DNA from: Candidatus Thorarchaeota archaeon
GTDB taxonomy: Archaea > Asgardarchaeota > Thorarchaeia > Thorarchaeales > Thorarchaeaceae
Assembly: GCA_011364905.1 (NCBI GenBank)
Contig: RDNZ01000015.1
Coordinates: 51,670-62,070 of the forward strand
Direction of reading: 5' to 3'
DNA length: 10,401 nt
The position numbers and the translations under genes are program-made. Shown one piece after another: positions 1 to 7,845 of this stretch (the first letter of the stretch is position 1; each line of letters opens with the position of its first letter). The notes beneath the pieces are model-generated. The model searched no databases, had not been told where the DNA came from, and was given only the letters and a program-made list of their open reading frames with translations.

Positions 1-347
1 TTGATTGTTTCATCAGAGTTTCTTGGTAAACGCTGTTGGTCATGGAATCCCGAGATGAAACCAGACATCTACTAAGACATCTCCAATTTCTGTATAAACC
101 GCAGGACTTGATCTTCAGTTCCGATTCCGCACTGGCAAATGGGAAAGTAATAGTATCAGTAAAACCACGAGAAGGGCGAGAGCACCTATGAGATAGACCC
201 AGTCGCCCGCAATTCCTAATAATGCGTCATTACAGATTTCCCCTCTCTCAAGGTTTCAATCAATCTCGTTCTTCATAGTCTATAGAATTGAAAATTCAAA
301 CTCCTGAAATGCTAATCAATGTTCTAATCGCATATTCTTCAGCACAG

Positions 348-355
348 GTATAAAT
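348..355 (+). promoter_or_regulatory. Putative archaeal TATA box for the 390..1382 gene
   Basis: GTATAAAT about 35 nt upstream of the TTG start, followed by purine-rich GGGGTAGTAGGT just before the start. Confidence 0.35.
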
Positions 356-389
356 GGCCTCAGGTTGAATTAAGACAGGGGTAGTAGGT

Positions 390-1382
390 TTGCTGCGAGC
401 CATAGAGGACTTCGAAAGGTTCTGCCTTGGACTGTTGAATGAGTCGAGCCTATCAGAGGAACTTCTAGAGAAGATAGACAAGGTAGTGAAGGTTCTTAGA
501 CATGAGCTCAATGAGGAGTCCTATTTGCGAGTTCTCCACATTTGGCAAGAATCTTTCAGTGCTCTGGCAGAAACTGCATTTGATGGTCTTGATACTGACC
601 AGTTGCTCCAAAAAGCGTCCAAGCAAGAGATGAAAGAGGTGTTAGAATCATCCTGGTTGAAACGGTTTGATATTGTTGAGTCAGTCTCGGCGCATGTCCT
701 CTTGGATGCTGAAAAACGATTCAGGGAGAAAGTGCTTGAAACCATTCATGATTCATTGATAGAGCAGTTTGGTAGTGGGGACATTATTGATGTATTCATA
801 GGATCATGGGCCAGTTCACTTGACAAAGAGCTGACTTCAAGAGGCGTGTTATGTAATTTCATTCTCTGTGAGAATGGACTCATAACAGACATCCTCTATT
901 CACCAAAAATAACTGATGAAATCAAGGAAGAGTGGTGGATTGCCCCAAAGAACAAAAGACCATTGATATTCTACATACCTCTTGAAATCATCAATGCAGT
1001 AATTGCTCCTAGCGATTTGTCATATAGAGAGAAACCCAGTGCCAGCGCGTTTGATTTCAAGCTGCAACTAAGAGTTGAAGATGGGCTCGAAGAGAATAGA
1101 CTGCCATATGTCATGAACAGACTCAGAATGCTCAGACATATGGTTGTTTTCAATGAAGTAGACATTAACATCCAGATTAGAAGATATGAGAATGAATCAG
1201 ACAGAGATTACAATGAACGAAAGCATTTCATTATTCAGCATATAAAGGAGAAAGCTAGCACCTCACTAAGCAATGAATACTCGATAGCTAACATTGTGGA
1301 AGGAGAACCTAGACCTCCATATGAATCTCTCTTGAAGGCTATGGTAAGAGCTATCGATTTTGATTCAATGCGATTCTTCTAG
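390..1382 (+). CDS. Hypothetical protein (330 aa; acidic helical N-terminal half, predicted alpha/beta C-terminal half)
   Basis: Long ORF with protein-like composition and a TTG start. No family motif recognised; the start codon is uncertain. Confidence 0.8.
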   Translation: MLRAIEDFERFCLGLLNESSLSEELLEKIDKVVKVLRHELNEESYLRVLHIWQESFSALAETAFDGLDTDQLLQKASKQEMKEVLESSWLKRFDIVESVSAHVLLDAEKRFREKVLETIHDSLIEQFGSGDIIDVFIGSWASSLDKELTSRGVLCNFILCENGLITDILYSPKITDEIKEEWWIAPKNKRPLIFYIPLEIINAVIAPSDLSYREKPSASAFDFKLQLRVEDGLEENRLPYVMNRLRMLRHMVVFNEVDINIQIRRYENESDRDYNERKHFIIQHIKEKASTSLSNEYSIANIVEGEPRPPYESLLKAMVRAIDFDSMRFF

Positions 1383-1396
1383 TTTAAGGACGGGGT

Positions 1397-1492
1397 ATGA
1401 AACTCAAAAAGGAAGGTTTCTTGAAGGACATTGCGACAAGCGATAACGAACGCAGTGTTCTCCATGTGGCTACTAAGAGGCGACGAATATGA
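1397..1492 (+). CDS. Possible 31-aa small protein/leader ORF (MKLKKEGFLKDIATSDNERSVLHVATKRRRI)
   Basis: ATG at 1397 preceded by AGGACGGGGT. The ORF fills most of the intergenic gap, and its TGA (1490-1492) overlaps the Nif3 ATG (1489-1491) as ATGA. Confidence 0.35.
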   Translation: MKLKKEGFLKDIATSDNERSVLHVATKRRRI

Positions 1493-2349
1493 AAGCAGAG
1501 AAGCTGTATTTGTATTTGGACAAGGAGTTTGAGATTGAAAAACTAAGAGAGGACGAATGGAGTCTTCTAGACCTCGGTAACTATGTCACTGAGAGTTTTA
1601 GGGAAACTAGGAAGGGACTCGTTCTAGACAACTCATCGGAGATTCAAAAGGTCTACACCGCAGTGTTTCCCAGTGAGTACGTGCTTGACAAACTCCTAAC
1701 CACAGACGAGAGAGAGTTTCTCCTCTTCACTCATCACCCAATGATCTGGGACACAAGCACCGCAGGATATCCATTCAGGAACATCCCCAAAAAGTATCTC
1801 GAGGAACTAAGAGAACGCGAGATCTCATATTACGCGATTCATGTACCGTTAGACAGGAATGGGCCCTACAGTACCACAGTTTCCTTAGCTAGAGCTCTTG
1901 AGGTAGAACGTGAGAGAGAGTTCTTCAATTATTTTGGCGTGCAAGTCGGCGTTATTGGAAAGACTAGGCACAAGTCATTTTCAGAACTCTCAGACTTTGT
2001 CGAGAAGAAAGTGGGTCATCAGGTGAAGAGGTGGACCTATGGAGAATCGAAAATCACGAATCAAAAAGTGGCGCTCGTTGCAGGAGGCGGCAACTTTCCA
2101 GAGATTGCTGAGGAGCTAACTGATACCGATATCAGGACCTACATAACTGGAGTGACAAAGAAGAGTCGCGATTATGAACCATCTCTCAGGTTTCATGACA
2201 TCTGTAAAGAACATGGGATCAATGTGATTGCAGCCACACACTATTCTACAGAGAAGTGGGCATGCAGCGCAGTTCTGAAGTTATTTGAGAACTTAGGATT
2301 GCTAAGTGAGTTTGTTGAAGATGAACCAAACTTGTTGGACTACGAATAG
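1489..2349 (+). CDS. Nif3/DUF34-family dinuclear metal-centre protein
   Basis: Characteristic motifs FTHHPMIW, YAIHVPLD, KVALVAGGG, YITG and ATHYSTE. Length 286 aa. Confidence 0.9.
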   Translation: MKAEKLYLYLDKEFEIEKLREDEWSLLDLGNYVTESFRETRKGLVLDNSSEIQKVYTAVFPSEYVLDKLLTTDEREFLLFTHHPMIWDTSTAGYPFRNIPKKYLEELREREISYYAIHVPLDRNGPYSTTVSLARALEVEREREFFNYFGVQVGVIGKTRHKSFSELSDFVEKKVGHQVKRWTYGESKITNQKVALVAGGGNFPEIAEELTDTDIRTYITGVTKKSRDYEPSLRFHDICKEHGINVIAATHYSTEKWACSAVLKLFENLGLLSEFVEDEPNLLDYE

Positions 2350-2356
2350 AATAATG

Positions 2357-4192
2357 TCACTCGGAATTAATCTCTTCCAAATTTGCAGGCGAAATTTCTT
2401 TCCTATTAGATGCTCTCAATAATTGATTCTTGAGTCCTTTCAAAGAATCACTATTACTGAGGTAGAAAACAGCCCAAGCTCCAAGTAGCCAGAAGTAGAT
2501 AAAACGGTAGCATAAGAAAACTGCACTAGATACGATGATACTGAAAAAGTGATGACTTTGGAGGTTGAAGGTATCTCTTGAACGAAGTTCTAGGTCTTTA
2601 GTATCGAACAAGAGTGCCAGGAATGGCGTAAGTGCAAGAAGGTAGAATTTGTATGAACCTCGAGGATAGAATAGTTGGACACAAAGAACTGCAATGAACG
2701 CCAAGAGTATCGCCTTCATGAAGAGTGAGTGTTTCTTCTCCTGCTCATCGAGTCCGGATGCTTTCTGGAACATAAAACCACCATAGACCAGAACACCACT
2801 CAGAATCAAGAATACATAGTTACTGAGCAGAAATGCAATAGAATCAGTGAACCATTTCGGAAAATTGAGCCAAAGGTAGAACGTGTTGGCATGTACTGTC
2901 ATCCAAGAGTCAGGGATGAAAACAATGAGCCGGCCATAGTATTCTGCATTCCAAGGAAACACTTGACTGAGAAAATAGGTAGGACTTACCATAAGGAAAG
3001 GCAATGATACTAGTCCAACAATAACTGAGTAGATTAATGAGTGTTTCAGGAAGATGAAGAACTTTTCTTTGATATTGAAGTTACCTCCCCGTTTGATGAA
3101 CAAAATTACTAAGATTGGAAAGAAAATAACTGCAAATTGTTTGTATAGTGTTGCAACAGCCATCAATGCAACTGCCAGCTTTTCCTTCTCAATCAATGCA
3201 AGATAGAAGGATAGTGTAACGAAGAAGACATATGGAGTGGGATTCAACCACATGAATGCTCCATAGAAGAGGGTGAATGGATTCAACATATAGAGCATCA
3301 TGGCGAATCTAGATCGGATTGTATCATCGGTCAGTTTGAGAGCAATCTTGTAGATGAGAATTCCAGTAGCGGCGTTGAATGTGAAGAGAATCAGTCCAGG
3401 CAACCATGAGGGAATGGAACCAAACATGCCAACAGTATAGATCCAAAGGGGAGGATACAGATAGGCCACCATATCTGCAGAATATGGCCAAACACCTTCC
3501 CACAGGCGGGGTATCCATGAGAGATAGAAGTACTGGTAGTCATTGTATGGCTCGATTTGGATCAGGTCCCAGAAGATAGCTGGTAGATTAAGACTGTATG
3601 TTGACAGAGTGAAGACCCGTATGAGAAAGAAGACTGACTGAACACCTAATGCCGCAAGGAACCAACGTTTCCATCCAGTGTACAATGATGTGAAACCAAC
3701 AATCGCGATAAATGCTCCAGTAAATGCTACAAGGAATGTTGGATAGTAACTGATTGGAAGGACATAGTAGTAGTACTCCCAGAAAACTGTCGTATTGCCC
3801 TCATTAGCAAAGACCAGATAGAGGTTGAGATTATCACTAAGTGTCGTTTCGAATGAATTCTTGCCACCATCAGTCAGACCAATCAGTGCACCAGTTTCAT
3901 TGAGAGGCGTACCGTTTAGATAATCATTGTACTGTGAAGGAAGTAGTAGGTAGGCGGATGAACCATTTGTTTTGATTTCTTCAGGACCTATGATTTCAAT
4001 TCCAAAGTTATAGCCAACAGTGTTTGACAGGTGTAGATTCTGCACAGATGTGCTATAGGGATCAATATATGCAGGGAAACCACTGCGAGTCGTTCCGGGA
4101 GAGGTAAGGTGTAGCATGAGGCTTGTGGATGCAATTAGTAATGAAATCAAGATGACAACTTTCTTGACGCCTACCCAATCAATTTGCTTCAT
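2357..4192 (-). CDS. GT-C fold polytopic membrane glycosyltransferase (GT87/PIG-M-like) with an N-terminal extracytoplasmic domain
   Basis: Many TM helices; loop motif EPYNDYQYF...GVWPY...YLYPPLW, LYMLNPF and ATLYKQFAVIFFP. Start moved from 4267 to the in-frame ATG at 4192 (MKQIDW), which is preceded by GGAGGG. Confidence 0.8.
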   Translation of the reverse strand: MKQIDWVGVKKVVILISLLIASTSLMLHLTSPGTTRSGFPAYIDPYSTSVQNLHLSNTVGYNFGIEIIGPEEIKTNGSSAYLLLPSQYNDYLNGTPLNETGALIGLTDGGKNSFETTLSDNLNLYLVFANEGNTTVFWEYYYYVLPISYYPTFLVAFTGAFIAIVGFTSLYTGWKRWFLAALGVQSVFFLIRVFTLSTYSLNLPAIFWDLIQIEPYNDYQYFYLSWIPRLWEGVWPYSADMVAYLYPPLWIYTVGMFGSIPSWLPGLILFTFNAATGILIYKIALKLTDDTIRSRFAMMLYMLNPFTLFYGAFMWLNPTPYVFFVTLSFYLALIEKEKLAVALMAVATLYKQFAVIFFPILVILFIKRGGNFNIKEKFFIFLKHSLIYSVIVGLVSLPFLMVSPTYFLSQVFPWNAEYYGRLIVFIPDSWMTVHANTFYLWLNFPKWFTDSIAFLLSNYVFLILSGVLVYGGFMFQKASGLDEQEKKHSLFMKAILLAFIAVLCVQLFYPRGSYKFYLLALTPFLALLFDTKDLELRSRDTFNLQSHHFFSIIVSSAVFLCYRFIYFWLLGAWAVFYLSNSDSLKGLKNQLLRASNRKEISPANLEEINSE

Positions 4193-4428
4193 AGTCCCTC
4201 CATTTTCGAGCATCAAATCTGCAATATTACCCTTGAGGTACAATTTTCCAACGATTGCGTAAATCAATGGTTAATATGGTTCAACATGTGTTTGAGAGAA
4301 AGCGCGTAATGGCACCAACTGTTCGGCGACCATCGAACAGAGTAGACATTCTTGGGACGACTGCAAGAACATCAGGATTTGTATTCCTCACAATTCTTGT
4401 TAAACGAAAATTCAAGAAATAGAGTCAA

Positions 4429-4725
4429 TTAGAGAAGACTTAGAAGCTCATTTTTGACCAGAACGACATAGCTGTCATTTACGACTTTTACTTTCGGTTC
4501 TAGATGAAACACCTGACAGAAGCGAAGTGCATGTTCCACATCCTTTGGGTTTTTTGTTGATTTCAGAAGAACAGACCACTCATTTTTGTGATGGCCGATG
4601 GCACGGTCAACCGCTTGGATTTTCTGCTTACAAAGTCCGTCAATGCAGTCAGTGTTCATGTCTATGCCGCACTCCGCAATGTGCTCGAAGACATCGATGC
4701 TTTGACCCACTGCTATACTACCCAC
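4429..4725 (-). CDS. Small hypothetical protein, possibly TusA/SirA-like fold
   Basis: Co-directional with the mutase gene and 56 nt downstream of it. Pattern DCIDGLC...VDRAI...VLL...NP...RFC...YVVLVKN parallels TusA. An alternative ATG at 4659 gives 76 aa. Confidence 0.55.
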   Translation of the reverse strand: MGSIAVGQSIDVFEHIAECGIDMNTDCIDGLCKQKIQAVDRAIGHHKNEWSVLLKSTKNPKDVEHALRFCQVFHLEPKVKVVNDSYVVLVKNELLSLL

Positions 4726-4781
4726 ATATTACGGTTTCGGTTAGAAATTTTGAACTTATGAACAATTACGGCACTTGAATA

Positions 4782-6461
4782 TCAGAAAATCTTCGGTTCA
4801 TCCCACTCGCCCCAGAGTTCACGCCAGACCTCGAAGATTTCTCCAATTGTGGCATACTCTCTGACAGCCTTTACGATGTGAGGCATGACATTCTCATCAC
4901 TCTCAGACGCTTTTCGAAGTCCGTCTAACGCAGCCTCGACCTTCTTATTGTCGCGGTCTCTTCGAATCTTCTGAGTTCGCTCTATCTGACGGCGCTCCAC
5001 CTCTGGATCAATCTTCAACACGGGAATCGTGACTTCTTCGCCTTCGAGAATATAGTCATTGACACCGACGATGGTCCGTTCACCACTCTCAATCTCTTTC
5101 TGATATCGGTATGACGCTTCTGCAATCTCTTTTTGGAAGAATCCCTTCTCAATAGCTGCTACAACTCCGCCCAGAGATTCAACTTTTTCAAAGTACTTGT
5201 ATGCTTCATCTTCCATCTCGTTAGTCAACGCTTCGACATAGTAGGAACCAGCTAAAGGATCGATTGTATTTGCTGCACCACTCTCATGAGCAAGAACTTG
5301 CTGGGTTCGAAGTGCTACCATTACAGCCTCCTCTGTTGGAAGCGCCAATGCTTCATCCATTGAGTTGGTGTGTAGTGACTGTGTCCCTCCAAGTACAGCA
5401 GCAAGTGCCTGATATGCAGTCCTTACAATGTTAACCATCGGTTGCTGCGCTGTGAGTGAACATCCTGCAGTCTGAGTGTGAAATCGCATCCAAAGAGACC
5501 GCTCTTTCTTAGCCCCGAAGGTTTCCTTCATCTCACGAGCCCAAATCCTTCGGGCAGCACGATACTTGGCGACCTCCTCAAATATATCATTATGAGCGTT
5601 GAAGAAGAATGAGAGACGAGGCGCAAAATCGTCAACATCCAAACCTTGCTTTATTCCCACCTTTACATACTCCATACCATCGAGAAGGGTGAATGCTAAT
5701 TCTTGAACTGCGGTAGATCCTGCTTCCCTAATGTGATATCCTGAGATTGAGATTGTGTTCCACCTCGGGATATTCTTTGTCGCATATTCCATTATGTTTC
5801 CAATGATTCTCAATGATGGAGCGGGCGCGAGAATCCATGACTTCTGAGCTATATACTCTTTCAAAAGATCATTTTGGATTGTTCCCCCAATCCTATCAGC
5901 TGACACACCTTGTTTTTCAGCAGCGACCATATACATCGCTAGTAGGATTGAAGCAGGAGCGTTGATAGTCATTGAAGTAGTAACTTTGTCCAAGGGTATG
6001 CCATCAAAGAGGATTTCCATGTCCTTCAACGTGTCAACTGCTACGCCGAGTTTTCCTACCTCACCATGAGAGAAAGGATGATCGGAGTCTCTAGCATAGA
6101 GTGTTGGTAGATGAAATGCAACGCTGAGACCAGTTTGGCCATTTGCCAGAAGAAACTTGAACCGCTCATTGGTTTCTTCGGCAGAGCCCATTCCTGCAAA
6201 CTGTCTCATGGTCCAAAGTTGTCCACGATACATCGAAGGTTGAACACCACGAGTGTATGGATATTCGCTCGGGAATCCCAACTTCTTCAGGTAGTCAAAA
6301 TTCGGGAGATCAAGAGGTGTGTATAACACCTTCACAGGCTTGCTGGAGGTTGTGACGAAATTCTTCCTACGGTCAGGATGTCTAGTCTGATGAGGGGCAA
6401 TGGTATTCCTCTCCCAGTCTTCTTTAGCTGCTGCAATTTTCTTAGAAACATCGTCCACCAT
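4782..6461 (-). CDS. Adenosylcobalamin-dependent acyl-CoA mutase, large (substrate-binding) subunit; methylmalonyl-CoA mutase family, isobutyryl-CoA mutase (IcmA)-like
   Basis: [90 protein letters not shown]. No C-terminal DxHxxG B12-binding domain. Start set to ATG 6461 (MVDDV), downstream of GGAGGAG. Confidence 0.95.
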   Translation of the reverse strand: MVDDVSKKIAAAKEDWERNTIAPHQTRHPDRRKNFVTTSSKPVKVLYTPLDLPNFDYLKKLGFPSEYPYTRGVQPSMYRGQLWTMRQFAGMGSAEETNERFKFLLANGQTGLSVAFHLPTLYARDSDHPFSHGEVGKLGVAVDTLKDMEILFDGIPLDKVTTSMTINAPASILLAMYMVAAEKQGVSADRIGGTIQNDLLKEYIAQKSWILAPAPSLRIIGNIMEYATKNIPRWNTISISGYHIREAGSTAVQELAFTLLDGMEYVKVGIKQGLDVDDFAPRLSFFFNAHNDIFEEVAKYRAARRIWAREMKETFGAKKERSLWMRFHTQTAGCSLTAQQPMVNIVRTAYQALAAVLGGTQSLHTNSMDEALALPTEEAVMVALRTQQVLAHESGAANTIDPLAGSYYVEALTNEMEDEAYKYFEKVESLGGVVAAIEKGFFQKEIAEASYRYQKEIESGERTIVGVNDYILEGEEVTIPVLKIDPEVERRQIERTQKIRRDRDNKKVEAALDGLRKASESDENVMPHIVKAVREYATIGEIFEVWRELWGEWDEPKIF

Positions 6462-6467
6462 CAAATA

Positions 6468-6474
6468 CTCCTCC
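6468..6474 (-). promoter_or_regulatory. Ribosome-binding site of the mutase gene
   Basis: GGAGGAG on the minus strand, 6 nt upstream of ATG 6461. Confidence 0.75.
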
Positions 6475-6612
6475 AATTCGTGGATTAAGTGACTCAAAAA
6501 GGGGCAGAATATTAAGCTTATCACATGGGCTTTTTCAGAATAGCCTTTAGCAATAACAAACTCTCATGAAATAGATTTGCGCACTTACAGTCATCTAGTC
6601 AAGTTGCGTTAT

Positions 6613-7164
6613 TCAGAACTCAAAGCCTTTGCGAGCACACACCTTCTTTCCTTCGTAGTAATGCTTGACCTCCTGCATCTCGGTAACAAGGTCTGCCGCA
6701 TCAATGACTTCTTGCCGTGCGTAACGACCGGTCAATATCAGTTCCATTTTCTCAGGCTTAGTTCTTATGAGGGCAAGCTGATCTTCGAGAGAGATCAGGT
6801 TCCATTCAACTGCAACGTTTATCTCATCCAAAATAAGAACGTCGCACTTCTCACCCGAAATTGCCTCTTGAGCTAGACGTAGTCCGTCTTGCGCCATCTT
6901 GATGTCTATAGGATCGGGATTGTTCTTGTCAACAAAGGTTTCTCGACCTACAGGTACGATAGTGAAATTCGGGATTTCTCCAATACTTCTGAACTCCCCG
7001 TAATTGATATCCTCTTCACCCTCTCGCATTGCTAGCTTCGCTTTCATGAAGGAGATCATTAAGACTTCTAGACCATGACCAGCAGCCCTGAGACCAGCTC
7101 CTAATGCGCAGGTTGTCTTTCCCTTTCCATTACCAGTGTAAACTTGGACAAGGCCGCAGGTCAC
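6613..7164 (-). CDS. cobO: ATP:cob(I)alamin / cob(I)yrinic acid a,c-diamide adenosyltransferase (CobA/CobO/BtuR family)
   Basis: GLVQVYTGNGKGKTT P-loop, ILDEINVA, ELILTGRYA, ADLVTEMQEVKHYY, ARKGFEF. Confidence 0.95.
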   Translation of the reverse strand: MTCGLVQVYTGNGKGKTTCALGAGLRAAGHGLEVLMISFMKAKLAMREGEEDINYGEFRSIGEIPNFTIVPVGRETFVDKNNPDPIDIKMAQDGLRLAQEAISGEKCDVLILDEINVAVEWNLISLEDQLALIRTKPEKMELILTGRYARQEVIDAADLVTEMQEVKHYYEGKKVCARKGFEF

Positions 7165-7166
7165 TA

Positions 7167-7781
7167 TTACTCACCAAGACCTTGTAACCGTCGTGTCACT
7201 TCGACAACTCTCTGTCCAAGGAGAACACTGCCTTTAGTGGCCAGTTCATCATCCTTCGCAGACCTCCAAGATCCCTCATCAGTCTGAAGACTGCCAGACC
7301 CAAATGTCCCGTGTTTCACAGGACTTCCAACACTCCCTACTATAATCATACCATGACCCAGAGCATATCGATTCAATACATCAATTACATGCTCCTGACC
7401 GCCGTACCGGAGTCCAGCATAGGAGATTGCACCAAAGACCTTGTCCTTCAGTTGATGGTCGTTCATCTTCAGAGCGCGGGACCTATCAATCAAGTCTTTC
7501 AGAACCCCTGGAACAGATGTGAAGTAGGATGGTGTAGCGATGATGATAGCATCTGCACTGACTAGTTTCTTCTCAATCTCGGGCATGTCATCCTTAGCGC
7601 TTTGAGGACAAGGTTTTTTCCGAACGCAGGAGTCGCACCCTGTACAGTGCAAGATGTTATGGTCACTGATGTTCAGTAACAACTTCTCGTCATCATTGAC
7701 TGCAGACAGCGCTTTCTCAAGCAGGTACTTCGTGTTTGAATTCTCGCTCTTCGGAGAGCCACATATTCCAACAACAAGCAT
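7167..7781 (-). CDS. Iron-sulfur flavoprotein / NADPH-dependent FMN reductase (multimeric flavodoxin family)
   Basis: GICGSP..NSNT FMN-phosphate loop, CxxCxxCx5C (CTGCDSCVRKKPC), DDM, ADAIIIATPSYF, LKDLIDR, GGQE. Upstream TGAGGT RBS. Confidence 0.92.
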   Translation of the reverse strand: MLVVGICGSPKSENSNTKYLLEKALSAVNDDEKLLLNISDHNILHCTGCDSCVRKKPCPQSAKDDMPEIEKKLVSADAIIIATPSYFTSVPGVLKDLIDRSRALKMNDHQLKDKVFGAISYAGLRYGGQEHVIDVLNRYALGHGMIIVGSVGSPVKHGTFGSGSLQTDEGSWRSAKDDELATKGSVLLGQRVVEVTRRLQGLGE

Positions 7782-7845
7782 TGAGAGACCTCAGGTTAGT
7801 ATTGAAGGCGACCCCACATGCGCAATACTTGTGTCTTTCGTCATC

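Noticed and set aside
1-75. Possible gene fragments at the left edge (plus frame ending ...NPEMKPDIY* at 75; minus-strand ATGs at 68 and 43 open to the edge)
   Set aside because: Too short to decide which, if any, is real without flanking sequence.
296-1171. Minus-strand ORFs 296..511, 521..745 and 971..1171
   Set aside because: Antisense shadows of the 330-aa gene with Ser-rich, non-protein-like composition.
2729-3518. ORFs 2729..3007 (+) and 3324..3518 (-)
   Set aside because: Fully nested in the glycosyltransferase gene; no motifs.
4193-4267. N-terminal extension of the glycosyltransferase in the ORF track
   Set aside because: ATG 4192 has a GGAGGG RBS and begins directly before the first TM helix.
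4282-4290. CAACATGTG shared with the palindrome at 9808-9816
   Set aside because: Lacks the GTCACA/TGTGAC arms; a single short match is compatible with chance.
4276-4422. 48-aa plus-strand ORF (MVQHVFERKRVMAPTV...KRKFKK)
   Set aside because: No clear RBS or motif and it overlaps the inverted-repeat cluster. Cannot be supported, though not excluded.
4527-4778. Plus-strand Cys-rich 83-aa ORF resembling a zinc ribbon
   Set aside because: Antisense to the better-supported 4429..4725 ORF; Cys spacing is irregular.
6462-6612. Cobalamin riboswitch upstream of the mutase, and the ORF-track start at 6524
   Set aside because: No B12-box or conserved riboswitch core visible; the RBS supports a start at 6461.
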